Notes: generated from the sequence alone by a model not told the origin. A stretch of 46,660 bases of DNA from a virus (IMGVR_UViG_3300047555_000001:1-46660); one strand, 5' to 3'; shown: positions 1 through 9,532, numbered from the stretch's first letter. Numbers and translations are program-made.

Positions 1-181
1 CTTTATTATCTATAGCTCCGAAGCACCATAAAGTGTCTGCAAGGTCGTTCGACTCTAATACGCTTGAGAGTGGGAACGGCGTATCCATTCCTAAATGCTC
101 ATGGGCCTTGAGTACCTTCTTCCACCCGCCAGTACCCAGTTGCGCTTTACGGATTTGATTTAATGTAATATATACGGTCAT
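1..181 (-). CDS. 5' part of triplicated Ala-rich protein, copy A (continues at window end 46297-46660)
   Basis: ATG at 181; reads MTVYITLNQIRKAQLGTGGWKKVLK..., near-identical to 6262-6786 and 23730-24341. Confidence 0.85.
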   Translation of the reverse strand, partial: MTVYITLNQIRKAQLGTGGWKKVLKAHEHLGMDTPFPLSSVLESNDLADTLWCFGAIDNK

Positions 182-212
182 TTTGCTTTCTCTCTGTTTG
201 GTTGATGGAATG

Positions 213-241
213 ACTATAAATCACTTTGACGGACTGGTCAA
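213..241 (-). promoter_or_regulatory. sigma70-type promoter with TTGAC-N6-GTCAA palindrome
   Basis: TTGACC(241-236)-17 bp-TATAGT(218-213); palindrome 226-241. Confidence 0.8.
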
Positions 242-2377
242 CAGTGGTAACACTAATTTTTCAGCTTCTGCGATGTACCAATCATAATTTAATTCTGACC
301 AGTTGAAATCATCAGCATTGGCACACTCTGTAACGCGCCAGCCAGCGCATAGCGATGTCTCAGTAGAATGACCGTGCTTAGTCCCCTTTTTATTGTGAAT
401 ACGGTCGTCCCAAGGCACACCAGCCGCATCCACGTTGTCACCGCCTGTTCCTTGTATTTCTCTAATTACAGCTTGATAAAAATCATCAGTTAATTTGTTT
501 TTTCTTTTAAACGTCCCCGGTTGCCCTTTTGGTTGAGAAACTTTAATAAATTGGCACCCATTTCGACTGATAAAATACCGTGTGATGCTTTGAGTTTGCA
601 CTTCTGTTTCGAATTCAGGCCAACGTTTTATTATTTTGCATGATTTGTCAACTTTAGCCCTGCACATAAAATCAAAAGGGTCACGGTGCGACGTAATGAA
701 TGACCGGATGTCGATACCATGAACCAACGCCGCCTCTGCCGCTTTAGGTACGACCAACGCGGAAGGGTCTTTATTATACGGAACCTCGCGTGTTGCTGGG
801 TTCTCGTCTGATCTGACATACGCGTAAGCGCCGATGCGTTTTATATTTTTGGGGTTTTTAACAGCCAGGTATGAATTTACATCACGTATGCACATCTTTT
901 CATATGTGACATCTTCTAATTCCAACTTTGTTACAGACTCCCACCATCTAAACAGAGTGTTCGCATGGTCTACATACTGATGAGGGCATTTGAACGTAAT
1001 GCCATCAGTATTAGCTTGTATTAATTTTAACCCCGGTATTTCTACCAACTTCTCAGCCAACATACACAGTAGTAATTGCCCGTTGATAGTTGTGGACATA
1101 GTGTACTGCGGGTCTAAAAATGGAGAGTGTGCATTATTAGACCCGCCATACGCGCCATTCAACGCTAGTTTGAAAGCCCCATTCTCAGGTGCGGTTTTAG
1201 GATATTGTTTACGAGTTTGATAAACCCCATCATAGGCGTCACAAAACGCTTCACCTAAATGGGCCGGATAAATACGGTTCGCTATGGCAAAGTTAGGATA
1301 AAAACTAGCGACATCAGCGTCTATAATCACACCTTCTTCATCACTTACGATTATTTCATTTTTTACAGACGCGTGCATCCCACCTTTACCAAACGCAAAC
1401 TCAATACCACCGATAACAGGTAGGTTGAGACCCTCAAAAGATCCTTTCGTTTCTTTTATTGACTGAGTTTTCAAGAAGGATAAAACCCTGTCAAATTCAG
1501 GATTAGTGAAATTTATAAAAGGTAATACGAAATCTGATATTTTTATTTCATTTCGTATCGTTTGTTTTTTTACATTTCGGCCACCTACTACTTCGTAGCA
1601 GTTAATGCCTCTTTTTTTCATTTCAATAACAAGGATGGTTTCACCCATTTTCACATCTGACATGTTAATGAAATTTCTTTTAAACGTTTTTGACAACTCT
1701 TCACGCAACTTAATAGCTGTCAATGACCTCACATAAAATTTTAAAGTTTCTCTAGTGTCCCTGCGGTTGTAAACTATCAATTCGTCTCGTTCAGCATCGT
1801 TAAGTATTTTGGCATGGTGAAATGGCAGGTCTTGGACAATGTGAGACCGCATCATTATCTCAAGTGCTTTTAAGCTAGTCGCCTTTGAGACGTTATCAAA
1901 ATGCCATATTTTATATAAATCTATTTGTTTGAATATTTGGTCATCGTCCCATACAGTAGGTGCGTACTGACCAAATGGTACAATTTGTTTCTGTGCTTTA
2001 TCATATACTTGGTCAACTGTGCAACTTGGATTGTGAGCTATCCAATGCAATACAGGATAATCGAACGATAAGTTATTAAACCCTACCCCACGCGCTCCAG
2101 ATTTACCAAGTGAGAAAATAAATTCAGATAGCGCGATACCGTCATGCTTTCTATCTGATATTTCGAACTCTTGAATTAAACCGGTAGCAGCGTGAATAAA
2201 ACACACTGTGAAAGTATTCTTGATTGTCTCAATATCATAACCCCAATCACGTACATCGAGTGGTGCAGGAGTTGAGAAAGCGGCAACTGCCCCACAGTGG
2301 GGGCAGTTGTGCAAATCAGATGGATAAGTCTTACCGCAACCCGCCATAGGGTCACACTGGGATAGGAAGTGTGTCAT
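221..2377 (-). CDS. family B DNA polymerase with 3'-5' exonuclease domain
   Basis: Exo motifs DIET, GFNNLSFD; polymerase motifs DVASFYP, KLALNGAYG, NTDG. Confidence 0.9.
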   Translation of the reverse strand: MTHFLSQCDPMAGCGKTYPSDLHNCPHCGAVAAFSTPAPLDVRDWGYDIETIKNTFTVCFIHAATGLIQEFEISDRKHDGIALSEFIFSLGKSGARGVGFNNLSFDYPVLHWIAHNPSCTVDQVYDKAQKQIVPFGQYAPTVWDDDQIFKQIDLYKIWHFDNVSKATSLKALEIMMRSHIVQDLPFHHAKILNDAERDELIVYNRRDTRETLKFYVRSLTAIKLREELSKTFKRNFINMSDVKMGETILVIEMKKRGINCYEVVGGRNVKKQTIRNEIKISDFVLPFINFTNPEFDRVLSFLKTQSIKETKGSFEGLNLPVIGGIEFAFGKGGMHASVKNEIIVSDEEGVIIDADVASFYPNFAIANRIYPAHLGEAFCDAYDGVYQTRKQYPKTAPENGAFKLALNGAYGGSNNAHSPFLDPQYTMSTTINGQLLLCMLAEKLVEIPGLKLIQANTDGITFKCPHQYVDHANTLFRWWESVTKLELEDVTYEKMCIRDVNSYLAVKNPKNIKRIGAYAYVRSDENPATREVPYNKDPSALVVPKAAEAALVHGIDIRSFITSHRDPFDFMCRAKVDKSCKIIKRWPEFETEVQTQSITRYFISRNGCQFIKVSQPKGQPGTFKRKNKLTDDFYQAVIREIQGTGGDNVDAAGVPWDDRIHNKKGTKHGHSTETSLCAGWRVTECANADDFNWSELNYDWYIAEAEKLVLPLLTSPSK

Positions 2378-2399
2378 ATCATTCTCTCTGTGTTAAATA

Positions 2400-2939
2400 C
2401 TACAACTCGAAACAGGCTTTACTTGCAATTTGAATCAGGTGGACAGCTTGCGATTTGGCATCGTCTAATGCGTTGTGGTGTGTTCCAACACGTTGTATTT
2501 CCACATCTGAATGAATGTTTTTAATTGTGCGATAACACATATCATTCCAGAATTTCCAAGGTTGTTCTAAATTAGACAGCCTGTAGGCGTTACCCAAAAT
2601 AACATTATCAAACGCCGCACCATTTCCCCATACTTTAACCTTACTACCGTTAGTACCTACAAACTGCGAAAATTTACTAAGAGCAACCCATAACGGATCG
2701 GCATATTCATTACCTTTAAATGCTGAACGGGCTTGGTCAGACTGTTTCAACCACCACAGGACGGTAGAGGTATCAATCTCAGCACCTAATTTCACATGTG
2801 ACTCTAATTGAACCTGTGTATAAAATTCCCCACCTAACCCATTTTGGTCGAAATATACAGCACCGATGGTAATTAAAGGTGAGTTAGAATTATTACCCAT
2901 CGTTTCTAAATCAAGCATGATATTGTTCAAAAGATACAC
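2400..2939 (-). CDS. DEDD 3'-5' exonuclease
   Basis: MLDLET, WGNGAAFDNVIL, HNALDDA motifs. Confidence 0.85.
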   Translation of the reverse strand: MYLLNNIMLDLETMGNNSNSPLITIGAVYFDQNGLGGEFYTQVQLESHVKLGAEIDTSTVLWWLKQSDQARSAFKGNEYADPLWVALSKFSQFVGTNGSKVKVWGNGAAFDNVILGNAYRLSNLEQPWKFWNDMCYRTIKNIHSDVEIQRVGTHHNALDDAKSQAVHLIQIASKACFEL

Positions 2940-2945
2940 CTTATT

Positions 2946-2966
2946 AAAAACCCCGCCGAAGCGGGG
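2946..2966 (-). terminator. intrinsic terminator after SSB gene
   Basis: CCCCGC-TTCG-GCGGGG-TTTTT on minus strand. Confidence 0.75.
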
Positions 2967-2975
2967 CTGGTAGAA

Positions 2976-3809
2976 TTACGCGCGAGGTAGATTAGTTAAG
3001 TGGGCTTCACTCCATCCCGGCATTGCCAGTAATTGAGCTTTGGTATGCACCACACCGTTCACATTATACTTTTCTTCCACCGGTGGAGCTGGCGGTGCAA
3101 CAATTAAGTCGGTTGCAGGTGGTGGAGTCTGTACCACTGGTGGAGCAGTTGGGGTAGGCATTGCTGGTGCTACGCTGGTATCAACATGTGCGCCTACTGG
3201 AATCACCGGTGCAGATACACCGAACACGCTTGAAGCCGCTGGGGTGTTACTGGTGCTCACGATTTCAATACCGGCGCGAGACAGTTCGAACATCTGTGGA
3301 TTGATATAAACGCCTGGTGACTGTGACGGTTTATTACCTTTAACCTGACACATTACACGACAGTAATCACCCTTCTTAATTTCTGCCTTATTCTGAATTG
3401 CTTGCATTGGCTCATAACGCCCAACATGATAGCAATTATAAACGATACGTGTAGACATATGGACTACCCAATGACCTTTATACCCTTCCTGGTCACAAGG
3501 TTTATTACCTTTTTTATTAGGTACGGTACTGTCACCGTCTACAACTTTCCAACTGAATGCAGGTTGACCAATCTCACCATTAGGATAACCATTAACAGGG
3601 TCTTGAGCAGCAGCATAAATTTTAGCGCCCCACTCAGTCTGATTCCAATGTGTTTCAGTACCTTTAGGAAATGCAACACCGATGTAACGCTGTGTAGTAG
3701 GTACGCCATCCGCACCGATTACAGGCTTGTCGTTATTATCAGTTACAGCCTGTGGTTCCATCGGATGACCTGAAACCAAACGACCAACGGGGAATAATAC
3801 TTCTGACAT
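2976..3809 (-). CDS. putative single-stranded DNA-binding protein
   Basis: Position between polymerase and Cas4-like nuclease; FSWKVVDGD and GVYIN motifs; Pro-rich tail. Confidence 0.65.
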   Translation of the reverse strand: MSEVLFPVGRLVSGHPMEPQAVTDNNDKPVIGADGVPTTQRYIGVAFPKGTETHWNQTEWGAKIYAAAQDPVNGYPNGEIGQPAFSWKVVDGDSTVPNKKGNKPCDQEGYKGHWVVHMSTRIVYNCYHVGRYEPMQAIQNKAEIKKGDYCRVMCQVKGNKPSQSPGVYINPQMFELSRAGIEIVSTSNTPAASSVFGVSAPVIPVGAHVDTSVAPAMPTPTAPPVVQTPPPATDLIVAPPAPPVEEKYNVNGVVHTKAQLLAMPGWSEAHLTNLPRA

Positions 3810-3851
3810 AATTATGTTCCTTTTATCTCTGTGTTTGTGGTTGACGAGGTA

Positions 3852-3880
3852 ATACTAAGGCACTTTGACCAGTCCGTCAA
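3852..3880 (-). promoter_or_regulatory. palindrome-containing promoter
   Basis: TTGAC-CAGTCC-GTCAA 3865-3880; minus strand TTGACG-17-TAGTAT. Confidence 0.65.
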
Positions 3881-5034
3881 CATGTTTTATCGAATATTAA
3901 TTTTACTGATTTTTCATCACGTTCAACGAGTTTTAAACCGGTTGTCGGTGTCTCACTGTACTGTGCGATCACTTCTTCACTGATACCCTTTTTACGCACC
4001 TGTGACGGTGTATCAAGTTCTACTGGTTTACGAATATCAACACCCATCAAATCACCCATCATGATAACCTGGTCAGTTGGCACGTCTTTCTTCCAGCGTT
4101 CCCGACCTTTCCCAGCTTGAGCACCAAAGAATGATACGTTCTTGCCGGATTTGATTTCGTGAATAGCCTGTTCCTCCAACCCAGATAACCGATATTCCAG
4201 CATCTTCTTGGCGCGTTGTAACAGCTTCAACTCCACACCTAGCGAATGACCTGTAAGCGTGTGAGTCGATAAGTCGCGCATGTAGTCGATGTTGTCATAA
4301 TTTACACTTGATAATGTGTCACAATTACTACGTGCTGAACAATACAGGCATTGCGGCCCGACTACTGTCGGTGGTGTAGGATTGCGCACACTGTTCAATG
4401 CTTGAGTCAGCCGGGTTTCATAGATGAACAGATCGGCACGGCTCAATGACCACTCACGAATGATACCCCCACTGTGAAAACCTCGCGGCTGTACAACTCG
4501 TAAAGTAATGAGCGTTTGGTTATTCGGTCCCATTTCTTCAACTTTACCCATCGCATAAATCAGCATGGGCCAATTCTCAAACGCTTCTACCAGTCGATGA
4601 CCAAATTTAGCGTCCCAAATGACCAGAGTATTCTCAAGCGGGTTATATACCACTGCGTCAGGAATACCGTACCATTCCGGTAAATATTTACTCAGACTAA
4701 CACGCTGTTCAACTTGTAGTGCTTCAGTCAGACCGTTCTCACGGCAATACTTGAGTACATCATTGACATACTCCCGTGCCGCTTCGAATAGTTCCTGAGT
4801 GATGAGTACACCATCTTTCGATAATGATCCAACCAACTCACTGAATAATGGTGTATCTGGTTCATTGCGAAATACGGCTATGATTTTTTGCGCCACTTCA
4901 TGACATGCGCGACCTTCGAGTTTTGATTCGGATAATTCCCCCGGCGTACCGGGGTGTACTTCCTGAGCCAAAACCGAACCGTTGCACTTCATCCACTGGT
5001 TCGCACTATTGACTGTCGGTAGCATATTATTCAC
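3877..5034 (-). CDS. Cas4-like / PD-(D/E)XK exonuclease (DUF2800-like)
   Basis: N-terminal Cys, EGRACHE, GIPDAV, IWDAKFG, C-x2-C-x5-C. Confidence 0.75.
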   Translation of the reverse strand: MNNMLPTVNSANQWMKCNGSVLAQEVHPGTPGELSESKLEGRACHEVAQKIIAVFRNEPDTPLFSELVGSLSKDGVLITQELFEAAREYVNDVLKYCRENGLTEALQVEQRVSLSKYLPEWYGIPDAVVYNPLENTLVIWDAKFGHRLVEAFENWPMLIYAMGKVEEMGPNNQTLITLRVVQPRGFHSGGIIREWSLSRADLFIYETRLTQALNSVRNPTPPTVVGPQCLYCSARSNCDTLSSVNYDNIDYMRDLSTHTLTGHSLGVELKLLQRAKKMLEYRLSGLEEQAIHEIKSGKNVSFFGAQAGKGRERWKKDVPTDQVIMMGDLMGVDIRKPVELDTPSQVRKKGISEEVIAQYSETPTTGLKLVERDEKSVKLIFDKTC

Positions 5035-6019
5035 CTACCATTACGCGGAGTTCTGCAATTACCTGTGGGATCAGGTCGGGACGTTGTGCAAGGTTTTGCA
5101 GTGCTGGCAAACCATGTGATGATACAACACCGTTAATCTGTTCAACCGTTATTTTCCCATGACGAGCAGTCAACCAGGTCATTAGTTGCGGGAATGTCAC
5201 AGTTTCGATAGTTGTCACTGGTGGTGGAACAACTACAGGTGGTGCGATAGGGGTAACAACCGCAGTATATGCCTGAGATAAACCACCATCGACAGGAACG
5301 GGTTCACCGACTTCAATCACCTGTGTCATTACATGGGTAGCGTCAACCGGCGGAGCAGGGATAAATACTTCTGCGGCTGGTGGTGGAACAACTACGGTGT
5401 CGCATAGCTCTGGCTCAACGCTACCCACCGGAATTTGCATCAGTTGTTTCAGTTCGGCGATAACTTCATCGTAGTATTCTGTCCACTGTTCGGGTGTTTT
5501 GTCTTTCGGTGTACGACGAATACGCCATGAGTCATCAGCATTACGCGCTTTACTTGCAGCGTGGATACGAACGTCCCACGGTAAACCATTGACATCTAAC
5601 ACAGCAGATGTACCAGCATCACGCCATGCGGCTTGTTGTTCTGCTGTGTAACGTATAAAGCCTTGCGATTCATAATCAGCAACTTCATTATCTGAACGAC
5701 CCAACGAATAAGCATCGTTTACAGCGTCATACATATAAACAAATTGATCGGTCGGGTAACGTTCGTCACCGGTTAACGCCAAAGGGGCTTCAGGTAATGA
5801 TGAGTCGCCGAGTTGAACCTCGCCGCTATTAGGTTCAGATTGAGCAATATTAAAAGTTATAGGGTTTAATGTAGGCGATTTAGAAATTTCACCGTTAAAT
5901 GATTCAGGAGTGCTTTTTACATGCCCATTGTCAAACGCAATTTTCTGCAACGCCTCGCCAAAATAATTCATAGCGCTTAGGTCATTGGATGGGATGATTA
6001 AAGTGTATGTATCGGACAT
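5027..6019 (-). CDS. hypothetical protein of replication cluster
   Basis: 330-aa ORF overlapping neighbours; LPWDVRIHA motif. Confidence 0.75.
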   Translation of the reverse strand: MSDTYTLIIPSNDLSAMNYFGEALQKIAFDNGHVKSTPESFNGEISKSPTLNPITFNIAQSEPNSGEVQLGDSSLPEAPLALTGDERYPTDQFVYMYDAVNDAYSLGRSDNEVADYESQGFIRYTAEQQAAWRDAGTSAVLDVNGLPWDVRIHAASKARNADDSWRIRRTPKDKTPEQWTEYYDEVIAELKQLMQIPVGSVEPELCDTVVVPPPAAEVFIPAPPVDATHVMTQVIEVGEPVPVDGGLSQAYTAVVTPIAPPVVVPPPVTTIETVTFPQLMTWLTARHGKITVEQINGVVSSHGLPALQNLAQRPDLIPQVIAELRVMVGE

Positions 6020-6265
6020 TATTTGTATTCCTTATCTGCGTTATAAATTTTAGAACGGTAAGTTGATTTTTTAATCTCACCGTCAATCTGTTCATCTTCT
6101 TGGGGATAACTGCCAGTTGGTACTGTTTCGATTGGTAGTTATCCCCAAGGTGTCATCGGCGCTATGAATACCGTGGACAGTACCAAATACGTTTCGATAT
6201 TGCATACCATCCGGCGCGGTAAACCAGTTGTCTGTAGTAATCAAATATTCAACATTCAGTTTCAT
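6019..6265 (-). pseudogene. frameshifted small gene
   Basis: 57-aa ORF 6265-6092 (ATGA-coupled to copy B); second frame EQIDGEIKKSTYRSKIYNADKEYK* ends in TAATG overlap at 6019; inverted repeat at the break. Confidence 0.55.
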
Positions 6266-6786
6266 GACAACATCTCTTTCAGTTTAACAACCTGTGCTTG
6301 TCGAGCATCAGAAGCAGAAGCAGCATAAGCAGCATAAGCAGCATAAGCAGCATAATCAGCAGCATCATAAGCAGCATCATAAGCATCAGAAGCAGCATCA
6401 GCAGCATGATAAGTAGCAGCATCATAAGCATCAGCAGCAGCATAAGCAGCATGATAAGTAGCAGCATAAGCAGCACGTCTGGCAGCGATTAATTCATCTT
6501 TCGTAGCTTTACCGTCTAAATACTGTTCGACTACATCAAGCGCCTTCTTACTGTCTTCGGTTTCCACTTGGCGAGCACACCAGAGAGCGAAACGTTGAGG
6601 GATTTCTTTATTATCTATAGCTCCGAAGCACCATAAAGTGTCTGCAAGGTCGTTCGACTCTAATACGCTTGAGAGTGGGAACGGCGTATCCATTCCTAAA
6701 TGCTCATGGGCCTTGAGTACCTTCTTCCATCCGTCAGTACACGGTTGCGCTTTGCGGATTTGATTTAATGTAATATATACGGTCAT
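6262..6786 (-). CDS. triplicated Ala-rich protein, copy B
   Basis: 174 aa; constant N-terminus, A/Y/D/T/H/S tract near C-terminus. Confidence 0.9.
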   Translation of the reverse strand: MTVYITLNQIRKAQPCTDGWKKVLKAHEHLGMDTPFPLSSVLESNDLADTLWCFGAIDNKEIPQRFALWCARQVETEDSKKALDVVEQYLDGKATKDELIAARRAAYAATYHAAYAAADAYDAATYHAADAASDAYDAAYDAADYAAYAAYAAYAASASDARQAQVVKLKEMLS

Positions 6787-6851
6787 TTTGCTTTCTCTCT
6801 GTTTGGTTGATGGAATGACTATAAATCACTTTGACGGACTGGTCAACACTT
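6486..6851. repeat. 366-bp direct repeat (constant gene part + leader + promoter)
   Basis: Identical by eye to 24041-24406; near-identical to 46551-46660 + 1-243. Confidence 0.9.
6818..6846 (-). promoter_or_regulatory. palindrome-containing promoter
   Basis: TTGACC-17-TATAGT; palindrome 6831-6846. Confidence 0.8.
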
Positions 6852-6893
6852 TTCATGATATGATGCGATTGAAAATTAACCATAGGGGGTTTT

Positions 6894-7307
6894 ATGGACA
6901 TCACAAGTGAAATGGTTACGGCGTTTCGTGACCAGTTTAAAGACTTTGTAGACTTAATCAAATGGCCCGATGAAACGGTGGAACTGGCGCTGTGTGAGGC
7001 GGATACTGAAACAGGTGGCCGAGGTTGGGGCACTTACCAAGACGTCTGTCAGAATTTCAAACGTCGCGGAATGTTCTACTTTGCTGCTGCCTGGTTATCG
7101 TCTAACTATGGTGACGGTGGTGTAGCGAACGGTATAGCCTCAGAAGCTCGCCTAAACGTCGCCAGTAAGTCCATCGGTGATGAGTCAATAGCCTATCGAG
7201 TACCTGCAATGATGGAGGTGAACAACGACTGGCTCACTTACACAGTGTACGGGCAGATGTTCTACCGACTACGAAAGCGCGCGGGTATGGGTGCAAGAGC
7301 GGTGTAA
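6894..7307 (+). CDS. head-tail adaptor (DUF4054-like)
   Basis: [31 protein letters not shown] motifs. Confidence 0.75.
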   Translation: MDITSEMVTAFRDQFKDFVDLIKWPDETVELALCEADTETGGRGWGTYQDVCQNFKRRGMFYFAAAWLSSNYGDGGVANGIASEARLNVASKSIGDESIAYRVPAMMEVNNDWLTYTVYGQMFYRLRKRAGMGARAV

Positions 7308-7311
7308 GGGC

Positions 7312-7332
7312 AAAAGCCCCATTACGGGGCTT
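7312..7332. terminator. hairpin terminator between convergent genes
   Basis: AAAAGCCCCC-ATTAC-GGGGCTT. Confidence 0.6.
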
Positions 7333-7338
7333 CATCTA

Positions 7339-7488
7339 CTATCCCACTTTATGTTTAAATCCGTTCACCGCAATAAATTGCGCCAGTTTATCCGTATCGA
7401 CCCAACGCTGAACCGGATACAGAATGTAGATGAGCGGGAACACCCACCATTTACATTCTGTACTAACCGTCGTGTATAATTTAGCCAT
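7339..7488 (-). CDS. small hypothetical protein (49 aa)
   Basis: MAKLYTTVSTECKWWVF...; GAGG upstream; below ORF-track cutoff. Confidence 0.5.
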   Translation of the reverse strand: MAKLYTTVSTECKWWVFPLIYILYPVQRWVDTDKLAQFIAVNGFKHKVG

Positions 7489-7555
7489 ATCTTACCTCTG
7501 CTGGTTTAGGTTGTTCACCGTTTTCTCGAATGATTCGAGTAGCGGTACAATATTA

Positions 7556-7729
7556 TCACACCATCCACCCTTTGCGAGCCGTGTTAACTTTCAATAACTC
7601 TTCTATAGTTCGCCTCGCGTCGTCACGTCCTGCCATATAACCTTTGAACCAATCGGTGTTGTCCGATTCAGTCGGAACATGTTTCAATTCTGCAATAAGT
7701 GATTCAAGTAATTGCTGATTGGTCACCAT
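7556..7729 (-). CDS. small hypothetical protein (57 aa)
   Basis: MVTNQQLLESLIAEL...; AAGGA upstream. Confidence 0.55.
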   Translation of the reverse strand: MVTNQQLLESLIAELKHVPTESDNTDWFKGYMAGRDDARRTIEELLKVNTARKGWMV

Positions 7730-7810
7730 ATCAATCCTTTCGTTGTTCGTAACGTTCTGCTAAAGGGCGTCCCAATTGTTGAGCAAGCTGTTTAGCTGTT
7801 TCATAATTGG

Positions 7811-8128
7811 TCACTCGCATGTATCCAAAATCCCATGTGTTAGTGCGTGGGTCATATGGAATAGGCATTGGTCCTCCGCTGGCTTGGTTTCTAGGTACAA
7901 TAGTGTGCCATCCTGAAAGTTATTCCAATCAGCCTGGTCATGTAGACAAACCACTCGCGCTGGTCTCGTGCCGTCAGAATCATAATCACCCAGCACAATC
8001 TGACCTATCGGCTCCAACGCTTTCAACTCTGCAAGTTGCTCACGCAGTGATAGCAGCTCGGTGGCGAGGGCTATCGTTATCTCACTGGCAGGGCTATTGA
8101 TTATCTCTTTCAAGTCGTCCTTAGTCAT
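7811..8128 (-). CDS. hypothetical protein
   Basis: 105 aa, overlaps upstream gene. Confidence 0.65.
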   Translation of the reverse strand: MTKDDLKEIINSPASEITIALATELLSLREQLAELKALEPIGQIVLGDYDSDGTRPARVVCLHDQADWNNFQDGTLLYLETKPAEDQCLFHMTHALTHGILDTCE

Positions 8129-8672
8129 AACGTGAGCCCTCCACCTTAAAACCGGCTACGCGGATTGCGTGTTCAACATCGAAACGGGAAAGCCAGTTAC
8201 CGCCATCTTTAGGTATCATGACATTTCGCTCGGATTCGTTAATTGGATGTCCGGCACGAACTGCGTAACAAATTGGCAGCACAACAGGCTTACTCAGCCT
8301 CTCGTTTGCCGCTGATAATGCGGCTTCTGCTTTATCGGCGCGTACACGCATTTTGTCTAGCTCGTCATCGTCATACCATTTGCGATATGTTTGGCCCTCT
8401 AACCGTTGAATAAGCTCACCGATTGGCAACGGCCTGAACAGTGCCCGCTCTGCGGCTTCCAGTTTGGAGCGTAAAACCTCGCTAATCCCTTCTGTTTTCC
8501 GAATGGATAAATCAAAATGGCGGTTAAGCTCTTTCAATTCATCGCGCTCTTTCTGTACCGATTCCAGTTGGGCTATCAGCTTTTTATATTCACTATAAGT
8601 AACATACGACCCATTTTCCGACTCAACCAAGTCATACATACCTAATTCGTTTGAGTTGTATCGCTGTACCAT
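8121..8672 (-). CDS. Ead/Ea22-like coiled-coil protein
   Basis: Coiled-coil core and C-terminal VVLP...DVEHAIRVAGFKV pattern. Confidence 0.55.
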   Translation of the reverse strand: MVQRYNSNELGMYDLVESENGSYVTYSEYKKLIAQLESVQKERDELKELNRHFDLSIRKTEGISEVLRSKLEAAERALFRPLPIGELIQRLEGQTYRKWYDDDELDKMRVRADKAEAALSAANERLSKPVVLPICYAVRAGHPINESERNVMIPKDGGNWLSRFDVEHAIRVAGFKVEGSRYD

Positions 8673-8709
8673 CTCTCACTTACTCCGGTTATTTGCTCTC
8701 AGTGATTCA

Positions 8710-8738
8710 ACTCTACATCACTTTGACCGTCTCGTCAA
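8710..8738 (-). promoter_or_regulatory. palindrome-containing promoter
   Basis: TTGAC-CGTCTC-GTCAA 8723-8738; minus strand TTGACG-17-TAGAGT. Confidence 0.7.
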
Positions 8739-9002
8739 TACCTGTAACTCAATTTACCCTGAATACAGGGTAGCGTCAGGGGTGCTGTAAGTGTATGATT
8801 TCACACTGTAAAGTAGCGTTACCTGAAATACCCCGCGATTTCTCTACCTATTCACGGCTGGCGGTGTATATCCCCTACCATATTATCTCTATAGTAATTT
8901 CTTTTATAAGGGGTATTAAGGTAAATAGTGTATAGAGTAAATAAAACAGTCACTTACAATACCTGAAAAATTACCCTGTATGGTGTATTGTTCGGGGTTA
9001 TT
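8739..9002. repeat. noncoding direct repeat copy 1 (origin-like)
   Basis: Near-identical to 32185-32488 except central 11 vs 51 nt; many TACC(C) motifs in both orientations. Confidence 0.9.
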
Positions 9003-9046
9003 ACTATTTGTGAAATTATGCGATACTTGCTCAAGAGGTGACCAAT

Positions 9047-9532
9047 ATGTCAATAACGTTAAAAACTGTCGATTTTCAACTGGCTAAAAATGAACTGATG
9101 CTGGAGATTAAAAAGTTTCGCGGCGGTAAGTCAGTTACAGTGGGAATACATGAAGGTGCGCCAGCGGTCGAGGGTGCAGCAGAAATTAATATGGCTACAC
9201 TCGGTGCGGTGTTGAACTTCGGTACGGATGACGGTCATATACCGGCCCGCCCCTGGTTGGCCCCCGGTGTAGAATCTGGTACACAGGAATACATCGCTGA
9301 AATCGCAAGCGCTGTCAAAGATGGGTCAACACTTGACCAGACATTAGAAATTATCGGTAATATTGCAGTGGGTAAAGTGCAAGAGTTTATGACCGAACTT
9401 GACAGCCCACCAAACGCCCCCAGCACGATTGCACAAAAGGGTAGCGATAATCCCCTTATTGCAGACGGTCATTTGCGTCAGAGTGTTACCTACGCTGTCA
9501 CAAGCGATAAATTAGAGGAAGGTCTATCATGA
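9047..9532 (+). CDS. neck / tail completion protein
   Basis: VTVGI, NFGT, IPARPWL, PPNAPSTI..KG..PLI..GHLRQSVTY; ATG 9047 after GAGG. Confidence 0.75.
   Translation: MSITLKTVDFQLAKNELMLEIKKFRGGKSVTVGIHEGAPAVEGAAEINMATLGAVLNFGTDDGHIPARPWLAPGVESGTQEYIAEIASAVKDGSTLDQTLEIIGNIAVGKVQEFMTELDSPPNAPSTIAQKGSDNPLIADGHLRQSVTYAVTSDKLEEGLS

Noticed and set aside
3877-5034. CRISPR-Cas system because of the Cas4-like gene
   Set aside because: Solo nuclease in a replication cluster; no other cas genes or array
6279-6492. Poly-Leu/Met and poly-Ser/Ile ORFs (also 23747-24031, 46317-46557)
   Set aside because: Automatic alternative-frame readings of NNT codon tracts; no RBS
6262-6786. Diversity-generating retroelement (TR/VR pair) explaining the variable tracts
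   Set aside because: No reverse transcriptase in the genome; copies differ by length and unit order, not adenine-specific substitutions
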